Positions 51,516 to 61,628 are shown, numbered from the stretch's first letter. The stretch: 64,000 nucleotides of DNA from Armatimonadota bacterium (GCA_963677485.1 OY781964.1:1120001-1184000), one strand, 5' to 3'. Notes: generated by a model from the sequence alone, not told the origin. Translations and numbers: made by a program.

Positions 51516-54167
51516 ATGAAATTTAACATGCATTCAAGAAGCTCTGTCACCACAGGGCTGTTAGTAAATGCTCTGGCTGAGCCGCTTGGGATCGACACCC
51601 GTGAGCCGATGCTGAGCTGGCATATGACTAACTGCGCCCGCGGTGCCGAACAATATGCGTATTGCGTGCAGATGGCCACTTCTGTTGCTGCGCTGCGGCG
51701 TGGTGAGTGTGACATGTGGGATACCGACATGATCCGCGAATCCAGTCAGTGCGTGCCATATGGTGGTGCTCCATTGAAAAGTGCCACCCGCTATTTCTGG
51801 CGTGTTCGGGTATGGGATCACAGGGGGGTTTCCAGTGCTTGGAGTGACCCCGTCTTGTTTGAAACCGCCATGCTGGAACCTGACGACTGGCATGCGAAAT
51901 GGATACGGATGCCCGCGGAAATGCGCGCGACCCACCCCACTTCGGTGCCCGTTTTCCGAAAAGACTTCCTGATGGTCCGCCGCATACGCTGGGCAGCGAT
52001 GTACATCTCGGGAGTGGGTTACCAAGAGGTATATGTCAACGGTGTGAAGGTAGGCGATAATCTGCTGGATCCAAACAACGGCAACCTCGAAAAAACCGTA
52101 TCTTACTCCACGCACGATGTGACGGAGATGTTCCACCTCGGCCGAAACTGTATCACCGCGATGGTAGGGCAAGGCTGGTGGTCAGGTGAGCCTTCATTAA
52201 TTGTTAAACTTCACATCATCTACACCAACGACTCGGAAGAGATCGTGGGTACTGATGAGACATGGGATTGCCGTCCCAGCCATATCATAAGCAGTAGTGT
52301 TTACCAGGGCGAAGAGGCTGATGCCCGCTTGATAGATGACGAGTGGTACACCCCAGTGCTGCATATCAACGAAGAATGGATGGCCGCTGAGGTATCCGAT
52401 ATCACCAGCCGTCTGGTGGCGCAAACCCAGCCTGCTATCGAATGCATTGAGACCATTGCTCCAAAGCTGATCACACAACCGCAGCCGGACATCTGGATAT
52501 TCGACTTTGGTCAGAATATCTCGGGCCGTTGCAAGCTGCGAGTCGAGATGCCGGGTGGAACCAGGCTGGTGATGAAACACGCCGAGTTACTCAACTTCGA
52601 CGGCACACTGAATGCAGAGAACCTGCGTACCGCGGCTGCCACTGACGTATACACCTGCCGCGGACACGGCACCGAAGAGTGGGAACCCAAGTTTACTTAC
52701 CACGGCTTCCGGTATGTGCAGATAGAGAACTACCTTGGGATGCCTACTCAGCGAACCCTCACTGCGAATGTCATTCACACACGACTGGAACCCAGCGGCT
52801 ACTTCTACTGCAGTGACCCGTTACTGAATAAAATATACGCAAACAGCATTTGGGGATACCGCGACAACTACCATAGTATCCCGACCGACTGCCCCCAGCG
52901 TGATGAGCGTATGGGCTGGATGGCCGATGCGCACATCACCGCAGATATGGCCTTCCACAACTTCAAGATGGAAGCCCCCTTCTGTAAATGGCTTGATGAT
53001 ATCGCAGAAACCATGACCGACGAAGGCGCGCTGCCTGACACGGTGCCCACCTATCATGGCACACAGCCTGGTGACGTCATGTGGACGATCGCCTACCACA
53101 TCATCGCCTGGGACATCTACCGCCATACTGGGCATGTTCATGTGCTGAAGAAGCACTACGACAAGCTGCGGCTGCATGTCACGGACCTGCTGTCCCGATA
53201 CGACAGGTGCTTGCTGCCTGATTGTAAGTACGGTGACTGGATAGCCCCTGAAGAAACACCCAAGGACTTCATCAATATGTGCGGGTTGTTACAGATGATC
53301 AATATTCAAAAGATGATGTCGACCGCTGTAGGCAACGAACAAGACACCGCATACTTCACTGAACAATCCCAGCAGTTAGGGCAAGACATCAACAAGCGGT
53401 TCTACAACATGAACCGCTGCACATATGCGAACGGCAGCGAACTGAGTTACGCACTGCCTATCATGTTGGGTATAGTGCCCGAAATTGATTTCGAAAAGCT
53501 GGAAAAGAACTTCGTGCGACAGATCAAGCGGATGCAGAACGGGCATCTCAGCACCGGTTTTGTGGGCACCAGGCCGTTGATGGAAGCACTGCTAAAAGTC
53601 GGAGAAGTCGATCTGGCTCTCGAGATGGTGACTGACATCGACTGCCCAAGCTGGGCCTATCAAGTTGCCATGGGTGCCACCACCATCTGGGAGCTGTGGA
53701 ATTACGCCACAGGCAACGATATGAATAGCCATAACCACCCTGCGCAGGGCTTTATCGCCGCTTATTTAATGCAGACCATCGGTGGGATCAAGCTGGATGA
53801 AAATACCGCTGGCTGGGAGCACTTTACGGTGAAACCCCACATCTGGGGTAATCTCACCAATGCCGAGGCAGTCGTAGAAACATCGAGGGGGCGGGTGAGC
53901 TGTAAGTGGGAACTGCTGGACAGATGCTTCCCTGATAAGCAGCTGAAGGGTATGAACATGACCGTTCAGATACCCATCGGAACCACAGCCACCGTGTACA
54001 TTCCGAAATACGGACGCCGACGCCCAGAGATCCGGCTGGATGGCAAGCGAGCATTCCGAGCCGGCCGTGTGATGGCCAGTCAGAAGGACATCATCAGGGG
54101 ATGCGATGCTGGTAACTACGTCTGCCTGGAGTTAGTGAACGGGACATACGAGTTCGAGGTTATCTAG
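51516..54167 (+). CDS. Alpha-L-rhamnosidase, GH78
   Basis: EPLGID..P.LSW, RYFWRVRVWD, FDFGQN, FTYHGFRYV, IPTDCPQRDERMGWMADA, YGDW, GATTIWELWN, MNSHNHP. Confidence 0.95.
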   Translation: MKFNMHSRSSVTTGLLVNALAEPLGIDTREPMLSWHMTNCARGAEQYAYCVQMATSVAALRRGECDMWDTDMIRESSQCVPYGGAPLKSATRYFWRVRVWDHRGVSSAWSDPVLFETAMLEPDDWHAKWIRMPAEMRATHPTSVPVFRKDFLMVRRIRWAAMYISGVGYQEVYVNGVKVGDNLLDPNNGNLEKTVSYSTHDVTEMFHLGRNCITAMVGQGWWSGEPSLIVKLHIIYTNDSEEIVGTDETWDCRPSHIISSSVYQGEEADARLIDDEWYTPVLHINEEWMAAEVSDITSRLVAQTQPAIECIETIAPKLITQPQPDIWIFDFGQNISGRCKLRVEMPGGTRLVMKHAELLNFDGTLNAENLRTAAATDVYTCRGHGTEEWEPKFTYHGFRYVQIENYLGMPTQRTLTANVIHTRLEPSGYFYCSDPLLNKIYANSIWGYRDNYHSIPTDCPQRDERMGWMADAHITADMAFHNFKMEAPFCKWLDDIAETMTDEGALPDTVPTYHGTQPGDVMWTIAYHIIAWDIYRHTGHVHVLKKHYDKLRLHVTDLLSRYDRCLLPDCKYGDWIAPEETPKDFINMCGLLQMINIQKMMSTAVGNEQDTAYFTEQSQQLGQDINKRFYNMNRCTYANGSELSYALPIMLGIVPEIDFEKLEKNFVRQIKRMQNGHLSTGFVGTRPLMEALLKVGEVDLALEMVTDIDCPSWAYQVAMGATTIWELWNYATGNDMNSHNHPAQGFIAAYLMQTIGGIKLDENTAGWEHFTVKPHIWGNLTNAEAVVETSRGRVSCKWELLDRCFPDKQLKGMNMTVQIPIGTTATVYIPKYGRRRPEIRLDGKRAFRAGRVMASQKDIIRGCDAGNYVCLELVNGTYEFEVI

Positions 54168-54192
54168 CTCTCGGGAGGATCAGTAAGTTGAG

Positions 54193-54237
54193 CAGAGGTC
54201 GCCTGTGGGGCATATCCCCGAGGCGATCTCTGTTTTT
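54193..54237 (+). terminator. Intrinsic terminator after the GH78 gene
   Basis: CAGAGGTCGCCT...AGGCGATCTCTG followed by TTTTT. Confidence 0.75.
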
Positions 54238-54315
54238 GTGTATTTCGCACCAAATGATGGATGCAAGTGACTGACCAACCATCGGATTCCATCCAACTAC
54301 CAAGTGAGGACAAAT

Positions 54316-55422
54316 GTGAAAAATCGCCGTGTGATCTCTCTGTGTTCGGCAGCGTTCGTCGTGATCATTTGTGTGGTGTGGTATGCCGTATCCGCTTACA
54401 GAACAGCCCATGCCGACCCGAATATGAAGCCCATTGTATGGGTGGAGTTTGGCGACTGGAAAGGCGTGTGGTGCCGTGCGGAGTATATGGATCGCATCCG
54501 CAAATCCTGGGAGGTGGTGCCCTGGGATGCCAAGACCAAAGGGATCAGCCGGCGATCGCAGCAGTATAAGGCCATTAACAGCGATGCTCTTCCTAAGGCG
54601 GGCAAGATCCGCGCCACCATCAACGGCGGGGAGTTCATGTGTGATGACGCCAACGACGCGGCGGCTCACTCTATGGGGGCGGTGCTGACGCATGGCGCAG
54701 TGGTGGTCGGCAGCAGTGTTATCAAGAACCCACTGATGACCGAGGGGATTGTGGCGTTCAACACCACAGGCTCAGATATCTATATGGATACGCTGAACGG
54801 CTGGAAGAATGATCCGACCAAAGGGCCGTATGCCGACACTACCTTCAAGCGATATTACACCCCTTACCTGAGCCTCATCCGGGGCAAGAGTGAGCTGCAG
54901 AAGCAAAAGCTGATCCAGCCGCTGTTCGGGTCCTACCAGCATGGCAAACTGGCGCACTTCATGCTGATGCACGATGGCCAGGTGATACCCAAGGCGGGTG
55001 GAAACACCACTGGACATGCCAGCTCACGCACTATCATGGTGCTGGGCAAACCTAGCCTGTGTGTGTTCAAGGAGAAGGACGGTAAGCAGGTCACCAGGCG
55101 CGGCAGGGACATGCTGCTGCTGGTGAACCACAACACCGACACGGGCTGCCTGATCGATGAGGTTCGTCAGTTTATCGACAACCGCACTGGTCCAAAGGGT
55201 TCCTCGCGTGGAGTGCTACGACAAGAGGTGAACAAGATGCTGCGGGCAGGTGGCCGAAACTTCAGCATCGATTCGGTGATGATGCTGGACGGCGGCAGCA
55301 GCTCGCAAGTGCATTACTGCGACCACCTCACCAGCCACCACTATGGGAATATCACAGACGATGTCCGTCTCTCCCCCCGGCCGATCCCGGATTACATCCG
55401 CCTGGAGGCCGATTGGGAGTGA
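54316..55422 (+). CDS. Membrane-anchored hypothetical protein, possible phosphodiester glycosidase (NAGPA-like)
   Basis: N-terminal TM segment, ATINGGEF, SRT and MMLDGGSSSQ, which resembles the LDGGGSS motif. Start codon uncertain (54304 or 54316). Confidence 0.55.
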   Translation: MKNRRVISLCSAAFVVIICVVWYAVSAYRTAHADPNMKPIVWVEFGDWKGVWCRAEYMDRIRKSWEVVPWDAKTKGISRRSQQYKAINSDALPKAGKIRATINGGEFMCDDANDAAAHSMGAVLTHGAVVVGSSVIKNPLMTEGIVAFNTTGSDIYMDTLNGWKNDPTKGPYADTTFKRYYTPYLSLIRGKSELQKQKLIQPLFGSYQHGKLAHFMLMHDGQVIPKAGGNTTGHASSRTIMVLGKPSLCVFKEKDGKQVTRRGRDMLLLVNHNTDTGCLIDEVRQFIDNRTGPKGSSRGVLRQEVNKMLRAGGRNFSIDSVMMLDGGSSSQVHYCDHLTSHHYGNITDDVRLSPRPIPDYIRLEADWE

Positions 55423-55461
55423 GGGGGGGTATATAGGAACTTACAAACCGATTGCATGACC

Positions 55462-55599
55462 GCCGCGACATAAATGTCTCGGCTATTGAACAACAAGGCT
55501 GCTGAAGCAGCCTGCAACGACGTTATCACACTCGGCACGAAGGTCCCCAGCCCGTTTCAACGGGCTTGCTGGTCAGTAGCCGAGACATTGATGTCGCGG
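55462..55599. repeat. REPIN/MITE-like element of about 140 bp
   Basis: Inverted homologue of 27207-27344. Confidence 0.85.
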
Positions 55600-55864
55600 A
55601 ATGAGAGGTATTCAGTTATTTTCTGTGCAGACGTGTAGGTTCCTCCGAGCACCACGTCGTGGATCTTCTGCGATTACAATATGGTTCGACCCACTTCGGG
55701 TATGATGGGCGTAACCTTTACCAGGGGTATCGCTTCGCTCACCCCTGGCTATAATGAATCCTACCCACTCCGTGGGTGCCGGACCATCTTTGCATGTGGT
55801 TTTATCTGCATATAGGATTACCTACAATCCAAATATGAATATGAGCAATGGTTCAGGCCCTCTT

Positions 55865-55962
55865 GCCCTTCGCGCCTTCGCGCCTTCGCGTCTTCGTGTG
55901 GGAATCCCTCCCTCTCCACCCTTCGCGCCTTCGCGTCGTCACCTGTGGTGTCGCGTGAGAAT
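55865..55962. repeat. CTTCGCGC 8-nt periodic repeat modules
   Basis: CCTTCGCGCCTTCGCGCCTTCGCGTCTTCG, the same family as 11126 and 20292. Confidence 0.7.
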
Positions 55963-56061
55963 CCCTCCCCACCCCACCCGCCAGTTTCCGGAAATCCCGG
56001 AAACGCGATACGGTACAATACTCTTGATGGTCTACCACCAAATTCGCAGCATGAGGTCATT

Positions 56062-56982
56062 ATGCACCCAATATTCCAACAGCCGGTTTTGATATTCGAC
56101 GGGGCGTGCGGCACCAACCTGCAGAACATGGAAATCCCCTCCAGCGCCTGGCAAGGATGCGAGGGCTGCAACGAGCTGCTGAACGTCACCGCGCCTGAGG
56201 TGATCCAGAGCCTCCACCGCTCGTTTGTGCAGGCGGGGGCACAGTTGCTGGAGACCAACAGTTTTGGTGCGAACAGCATCGTGTTAGCGGAGTATGGGCT
56301 GCAAGATCAGGTATCGCAAATCTGCCAGGCTGCGGTGGCGAACGCAAAGGCGGTGGCTGGTGAGCAGTCACTGGTGATCGGCAGCATGGGACCCGGCACG
56401 AAGCTGCCCTCGTTGGGGCATATCAGCGTGCAGGATTTGGCGGCGGCATATCGGCAGCAGGCGGAGGCGCTTTTGGTGGCAGGAGCCGACGGGTTGATCT
56501 TGGAAACATGCCAGGATCTGCTGCAGCTCAAAACTGCTCTGGTGAGCTGCCTGGATGTGCTGGGCGCAGATGCTGGCAGCATCCCCCTGTTTGTTTCGGT
56601 GACCATCGAGGCGACCGGTACCATGCTGGTCGGCAGTGACATCGCCGCGGTCGCCACTACAGTGGAACCCTACCCCGTGTTCAGCCTGGGCCTGAACTGC
56701 GCCACCGGACCGCGCGACATGCGCTCGCACCTTCAGTGGCTGAGCCACAACTGGGAGGGCCGCTTGAGCTGCATCCCCAACCAGGGACTGCCTGAGGTGG
56801 TGAATGGCCTCACAAAATACCCCATGAACCCCACAGACTATGCGCAGCAGATGAAAGAGTTTGTGCAGGAGCTGGGCGTGAGCGTGCTGGGCGGATGCTG
56901 CGGCACCACCCCCGAGCACATCCAAGAGTTGGTCAAGACAGTCGCAGGCGTGGCCCCCGGCACGCGGGAGGTCGCACGATGA
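56062..56982 (+). CDS. metH: Methionine synthase, stand-alone homocysteine-binding module (split MetH, N part)
   Basis: FDGACGT, NELLN, ETNSFGAN, GSMGPGTKLPSLGH, ETCQDLLQ, GLNCATGP, PNQGLP, GGCCGTTPEHI. Confidence 0.88.
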   Translation: MHPIFQQPVLIFDGACGTNLQNMEIPSSAWQGCEGCNELLNVTAPEVIQSLHRSFVQAGAQLLETNSFGANSIVLAEYGLQDQVSQICQAAVANAKAVAGEQSLVIGSMGPGTKLPSLGHISVQDLAAAYRQQAEALLVAGADGLILETCQDLLQLKTALVSCLDVLGADAGSIPLFVSVTIEATGTMLVGSDIAAVATTVEPYPVFSLGLNCATGPRDMRSHLQWLSHNWEGRLSCIPNQGLPEVVNGLTKYPMNPTDYAQQMKEFVQELGVSVLGGCCGTTPEHIQELVKTVAGVAPGTREVAR

Positions 56983-59417
56983 AACCAAGCCTGAGCAGTC
57001 TCTACCAGTCGGTCGACATCCGGCAGGATATCCCACCGCTGCTGATCGGTGAGCGGTGCAACGCAAACGGCAGCAAGAAGTTCCGCGCGCGCCTGCTGGC
57101 TGAGGACGACGACGGCTGTGTGCGCATGGCGCTCGAGCAAGAGGCGCAAGGTGCGCAAGTGCTGGACCTCTGCACCGCCTATGCCGGTCGCAATGAGATG
57201 GACGACCTCTGCCGTCTGGTGCCGCTGTTTGCGAACCAGTGCCGGTCGGTATTGATGATCGACAGCACCACGCCGGACTGCATCGAGGCCTGCCTCAAGC
57301 TATATCCGGGACGGTGCATCGTCAACTCCATCAACCTGGAGGATGGCGGCAAGAACCTACACCGCATCTGCACGCTGGCCAAAAAGTATGGTGCCGCGGT
57401 GGTGGCTTTGACCATTGGGCCCGAGGGCATGGCGATGACCGCCGATGAGAAACTGCGCGTCGCGAAGATGATCTACCACGAGGCGGTGGAGGTTAACGGT
57501 CTGCGGCCCAGTGATCTGCTGTTTGATGCACTCACCTTCACGGTGGGTTCCGGCGACGAAACTCTGCGTGACGCCGCCGTGCAGACCGTTGAGGCGATCC
57601 GCATGATCAAAGCGGAGCTGCCCGGTGTGAACACCGTGTTGGGCGTGAGCAACATCTCGTTCGGGCTGCGTCCGGCGGGCCGCAAGGTGCTCAACAGCGT
57701 GTTCCTGCATGAGGCGGTGCAGGCGGGTCTTGATGCCGCGATCGTGGATGCCGTCAAGGTGCTGCCCTACGCCAGCATTGATGAGCAGGAGCGTGAGCTG
57801 AGCTTGAACCTGCTGCACAACCTCGGTGAGACGCCGCTGATGAGCTTCATTGAGCACTTCGAGAAAGCGCAGCCTGAGAAAAGCGCAGAGGAGCTTGATA
57901 ACACACACAACCTGACCGAACAGAGCCTGGCTGAGCAGTTGATCAAGGGCAACAAGGACGGTCTTGAGGACCTGTTGTCCATCCTCATCCGCCGTATGCC
58001 ACCGCTCAGCATCATCAACAACGTGCTGGTTCCGGCTATGCGTCAGGTTGGCGAGCTGTTCGGACGCGGCGAAATTCTGCTGCCGTTTGTGCTGCAGTCG
58101 GCCGAAGTGATGAAACGCTCCGTGAACTACCTGGAGCCATACATGGACCGCTCGCAGCAGAAGGCGGGACTGAAGATCCTGCTGGCCACCGTGCAGGGCG
58201 ATGTACATGACATCGGAAAGAACCTGGTTGACATCATCCTGAGCAACAACGGTTATCAAGTGGTGAACATCGGCATCAAAGTGCCCGCTGAGACGATCAT
58301 CGCGAAGGCGAAAGAGCACAAAGTAGACATGGTGGGGCTGTCTGGCCTGCTGGTGAAAAGTGCGATCGTGATGAAAGAGAGCATGGTGCAGTACCGTGAA
58401 GCCGGTCTGAATGTGCCGATCCTGCTGGGCGGTGCGGCGTTGACCCAGAAATTCGTGGCCGAAGAGGTCGTGCCCGGTTACGACCATCAGGTGGTCTACT
58501 GTGCAGATGCCTTCGCCGGTCTGAAGGCGGTGCGCGACTTCGAAGCTGGTCGGCTGCACAGCACCGAGTGGAACCGCGGCTCCGGCCGGGTATCGACACC
58601 TCATGCCGCTGAGCTGGATGTGGAGGTTCTCTCTGAGGTCCCTACCCCGCCATTCTGGGGCAGTGCCATCGAACAGCAGATCAACTCCGTAGATATCTTC
58701 CCGTATATGAACCTGCAGGCGCTCTACCGCGGTCGATGGGGATACCGCCGTGCCAAACTCAGTGCGGAGCAGTATGATGAATTGTTAAAAAACACCGTGA
58801 ATCCGCTATACGAACGGCTGAAGAATCAGGCACTGGCGGAGGGATGGCTGCAGCCGAAAGTGGCCTACGGCTATTTCCCGTGTTACCGCGACGGCGACCG
58901 CGTGATGGTGCAGCATGGCGATTCCTGGCTGCCGTTCGCCTTCCCGAGGCGCAGCACAGCCCCGAAAATCTGCATCGCCGACTACTTCCGCACCCAGCAA
59001 GAGGGCGGTGATGTGGCGGCGTTCTTTGTGGTCACCATTGGTGAACGGCTTGCAGAAGAGGTGAAACGGCTGTTCGAGCAGAACTCCTACCATGACTACC
59101 TGATGTGGCACGGCTTCGGCGTGGAAGTGACCGACGCGCTGGCGGAGCTCTGGCATGAGCGGATGCGCCGTCAGATGGGCATCGGCGAGGAGCGCAGCCT
59201 GGACACAGCCGGTCTGGTGGCCCAGGAGTATCGCGGATCACGCTACGGATTTGGATATCCTAGTTGCCCCGACATGGAGGCGCACATCCCGATGTGGCAG
59301 ATGCTGCAGCCGGAGCGCATCGGGGTCAACCTCACTGAAAACATGGAGATGGTGCCAGAGATGAGCACCTCGGCGATTATCGTTCATCACCCACAGGCGA
59401 AGTATTTCGCGGTTTAG
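56979..59417 (+). CDS. metH: Methionine synthase pterin-binding, B12-binding and AdoMet reactivation modules (split MetH, C part)
   Basis: IGERCNANGSKKF, IDST, VNSINLEDG, GVSNISFG, ATVQGDVHDIGKNLV (DxHxxG), SGLLVKS, GSRYGFGYPSCPD, HHPQAKYF. Has its own GGAGG RBS and an ATGA overlap. Confidence 0.92.
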   Translation: MKPSLSSLYQSVDIRQDIPPLLIGERCNANGSKKFRARLLAEDDDGCVRMALEQEAQGAQVLDLCTAYAGRNEMDDLCRLVPLFANQCRSVLMIDSTTPDCIEACLKLYPGRCIVNSINLEDGGKNLHRICTLAKKYGAAVVALTIGPEGMAMTADEKLRVAKMIYHEAVEVNGLRPSDLLFDALTFTVGSGDETLRDAAVQTVEAIRMIKAELPGVNTVLGVSNISFGLRPAGRKVLNSVFLHEAVQAGLDAAIVDAVKVLPYASIDEQERELSLNLLHNLGETPLMSFIEHFEKAQPEKSAEELDNTHNLTEQSLAEQLIKGNKDGLEDLLSILIRRMPPLSIINNVLVPAMRQVGELFGRGEILLPFVLQSAEVMKRSVNYLEPYMDRSQQKAGLKILLATVQGDVHDIGKNLVDIILSNNGYQVVNIGIKVPAETIIAKAKEHKVDMVGLSGLLVKSAIVMKESMVQYREAGLNVPILLGGAALTQKFVAEEVVPGYDHQVVYCADAFAGLKAVRDFEAGRLHSTEWNRGSGRVSTPHAAELDVEVLSEVPTPPFWGSAIEQQINSVDIFPYMNLQALYRGRWGYRRAKLSAEQYDELLKNTVNPLYERLKNQALAEGWLQPKVAYGYFPCYRDGDRVMVQHGDSWLPFAFPRRSTAPKICIADYFRTQQEGGDVAAFFVVTIGERLAEEVKRLFEQNSYHDYLMWHGFGVEVTDALAELWHERMRRQMGIGEERSLDTAGLVAQEYRGSRYGFGYPSCPDMEAHIPMWQMLQPERIGVNLTENMEMVPEMSTSAIIVHHPQAKYFAV

Positions 59418-59426
59418 GAGATATCA

Positions 59427-59600
59427 TTGGCACCTGATACTGGAAAGTTTATTTGCATCCATTGCGGCTATGTGTACGACCCCGAGCTAGGCGACCCTGA
59501 CAACGGCATCGCACCCGGCACCGCGTTTTACGACCTGCCTGCGGACTGGATCTGCCCCACCTGTTACGTGCCCAAAAGCGAGTTCGACCCGCTGGATTAG
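59427..59600 (+). CDS. Rubredoxin (not in the ORF track)
   Basis: AGGAG RBS and TTG start. [57 protein letters not shown] has two CxxC motifs. Confidence 0.92.
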   Translation: MAPDTGKFICIHCGYVYDPELGDPDNGIAPGTAFYDLPADWICPTCYVPKSEFDPLD

Positions 59601-59688
59601 GCGATCAATCGTATGGGCAACCCCCCGTGGTTGCCCATACGATCCGTCCGGTTCGTCCGACCAATTTTCACACCACAGGAGCACACCC

Positions 59689-61521
59689 ATGACATCCGCA
59701 GAAATCATCAGCCGAATCAAGCAGGCACCGCTCGTGTTCGACGGTGCAATGGGCACGATGCTGTACCAGCGCGGGGTGTTCCTGAACAAGTGCTTTGACG
59801 AGATATGCCTGAGCAACCCGGGTTTGATCGCGAAGATACACCGCGCGTATGTGAAGGCGGGTGCGGACGTGATCACCACCAACAGTTTTGGTGCGAACCG
59901 CATCAAGCTGGCGGAGTTCGGACTGGCGGAGCGGTGCGTCGACATCTGCCATGAGGCGGTGCGTATCGCCCGTCAGGAGCTGGGTGTGGAGGGTCTGGTC
60001 GCCGCCTCGGTGGGACCCTGCCTTCGGCCCGGGCAGTATCTGGGAGCTGATAACCGGACCGATGTGCTGGCAGCTTTTCAGGAAAGCATTCAGGCTCTTG
60101 CTGAGGCCGGGGCGGATTTCATCTTGCTGGAGACATTCAGCGACTGGGATGAAGCACTGCTCGCGCTGCAGGCGGCAGAGGGTCTGGATATCGCGGTGAT
60201 GCTCTCCTTCGCCTACGATGAGCACGGCGAAACCGCGCGCGGCAGCACTATCGAGCAGATCACCACGCAGATGGACGCGCATCCTGGCGTAAGTATCGTG
60301 GGCATGAACTGCGGCAGCGGACCGGCGGCTTTGACCGACCTGCTAAAGCGCGTGATGGCCTGCACCTCCAAGCCGGTGGTGGTGATGCCCAACGCGGGCA
60401 GCCCACGTCAGGTTGAGGGGCGGATGCTATATCTGACCAGCCCAGAGTATTTCACCTCGTATGCCAAACGCATGGTGCAGATGGGTGCGCGCGGGGTGGG
60501 CGGCTGCTGCGGCACCACGCCGGAGCATATCGCCGAGATGAGCAGGGCGGTGAAGGCGGTCAGCACCGTTCGCCGTGCCGCAGTCGTGAAGCCGGTTGAG
60601 CAAAAATCACCCGATGTGCAGCCGCTCACCATGGCACAAAAGAGCCGGATGGGCGCCAAGCTCAGCCGCGGGGAGCGCGTCTCCAGCGTGGAAATCCTGC
60701 CGCCGAAGTCCAGCGACCTTCGCTCGATGCTGCAGAAGGCGCAGACCTGCTACCTGGCCGGAGTGGATGCCATCAACATCCCAGATGGCCCCCGGGCCAG
60801 CGCGCGGATTTCGCCGATGATGGCCGCGGTGGCGATCAAACAGCAGGTGGGCATCGAGCCGGTGCTGCACTACTGCTGCCGTGACCGCAACCTGATCGGG
60901 ATGCAGAGCGACCTGCTGGGCGGGTTTAGCGCGGGCTTGACCAACTTCCTGCTGATCACCGGCGACCCTCCCAAACTTGGCGACTACCCCGATGTGACCG
61001 GTGTGTTCGATGTCGACTCCATCGGCCTGGCGCAACTCGCCAGCAACCTGAATGCCGGCGTCGACCTTGGCGGAAACCCGCTGGTGCCCCCCACGGGCAT
61101 CTTGATCGGTGTGGGGTTGAACCCATGCGCGGTGGAGCTGAACCGCGAGCTGGAGCGGTTCCGTCGGAAGATCGACGCGGGGGCTGAGTATGCCATCACA
61201 CAGCCGGTGTTTGATAGTGAGGCTCTGCTGCGCATCATCGAGCAGATACGAACCTTCTCCGACATCCCGATTGTGGCCGGTGTGTGGCCCTTTGCCAGCT
61301 TTAAGAACGCGGAGTTCATGTGCAACGAGGTTCCCGGCGTAGTGGTGCCCGATGAGTTGATGGAGCGGATGCGCCGCTGCCACACCAAGCAGGATGGTGC
61401 TGAGACGGGCATTGAGATCGCCCGCGAGATGTGCCGGCAGATCGGCGATGTGGTGGCAGGCTTCCAGGTCAGCGCGCCGTTTGGCAATGTGAACACCGCT
61501 ATTAAGGTGCTGCAGGGGTAA
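59689..61521 (+). CDS. yitJ: Bifunctional homocysteine S-methyltransferase / 5,10-methylenetetrahydrofolate reductase
   Basis: FDGAMGT, TNSFGANR, GMNC, PNAG.P and GGCCGTTPEHI, then the MTHFR part INIPDGPRA, CRDRNLIG.QS.LLG, ITGDPP, ITQPVFD, NEVPG. Confidence 0.93.
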   Translation: MTSAEIISRIKQAPLVFDGAMGTMLYQRGVFLNKCFDEICLSNPGLIAKIHRAYVKAGADVITTNSFGANRIKLAEFGLAERCVDICHEAVRIARQELGVEGLVAASVGPCLRPGQYLGADNRTDVLAAFQESIQALAEAGADFILLETFSDWDEALLALQAAEGLDIAVMLSFAYDEHGETARGSTIEQITTQMDAHPGVSIVGMNCGSGPAALTDLLKRVMACTSKPVVVMPNAGSPRQVEGRMLYLTSPEYFTSYAKRMVQMGARGVGGCCGTTPEHIAEMSRAVKAVSTVRRAAVVKPVEQKSPDVQPLTMAQKSRMGAKLSRGERVSSVEILPPKSSDLRSMLQKAQTCYLAGVDAINIPDGPRASARISPMMAAVAIKQQVGIEPVLHYCCRDRNLIGMQSDLLGGFSAGLTNFLLITGDPPKLGDYPDVTGVFDVDSIGLAQLASNLNAGVDLGGNPLVPPTGILIGVGLNPCAVELNRELERFRRKIDAGAEYAITQPVFDSEALLRIIEQIRTFSDIPIVAGVWPFASFKNAEFMCNEVPGVVVPDELMERMRRCHTKQDGAETGIEIAREMCRQIGDVVAGFQVSAPFGNVNTAIKVLQG

Positions 61522-61628
61522 AGGCGGGCAGTGGAGCCGGTTGGTGCCGTGGTGCCGTCAGTGGGCACCGTCCTACTCGTCCTACTCATCTTACCCGTCG
61601 TGTTGCAACGCTTGACCGCCACCACCCC

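Noticed and set aside
56895-56982. metH frameshift pseudogene
   Set aside because: The break is at a domain boundary, with a GGAGG RBS and ATGA coupling, which is typical of a genuine split gene.
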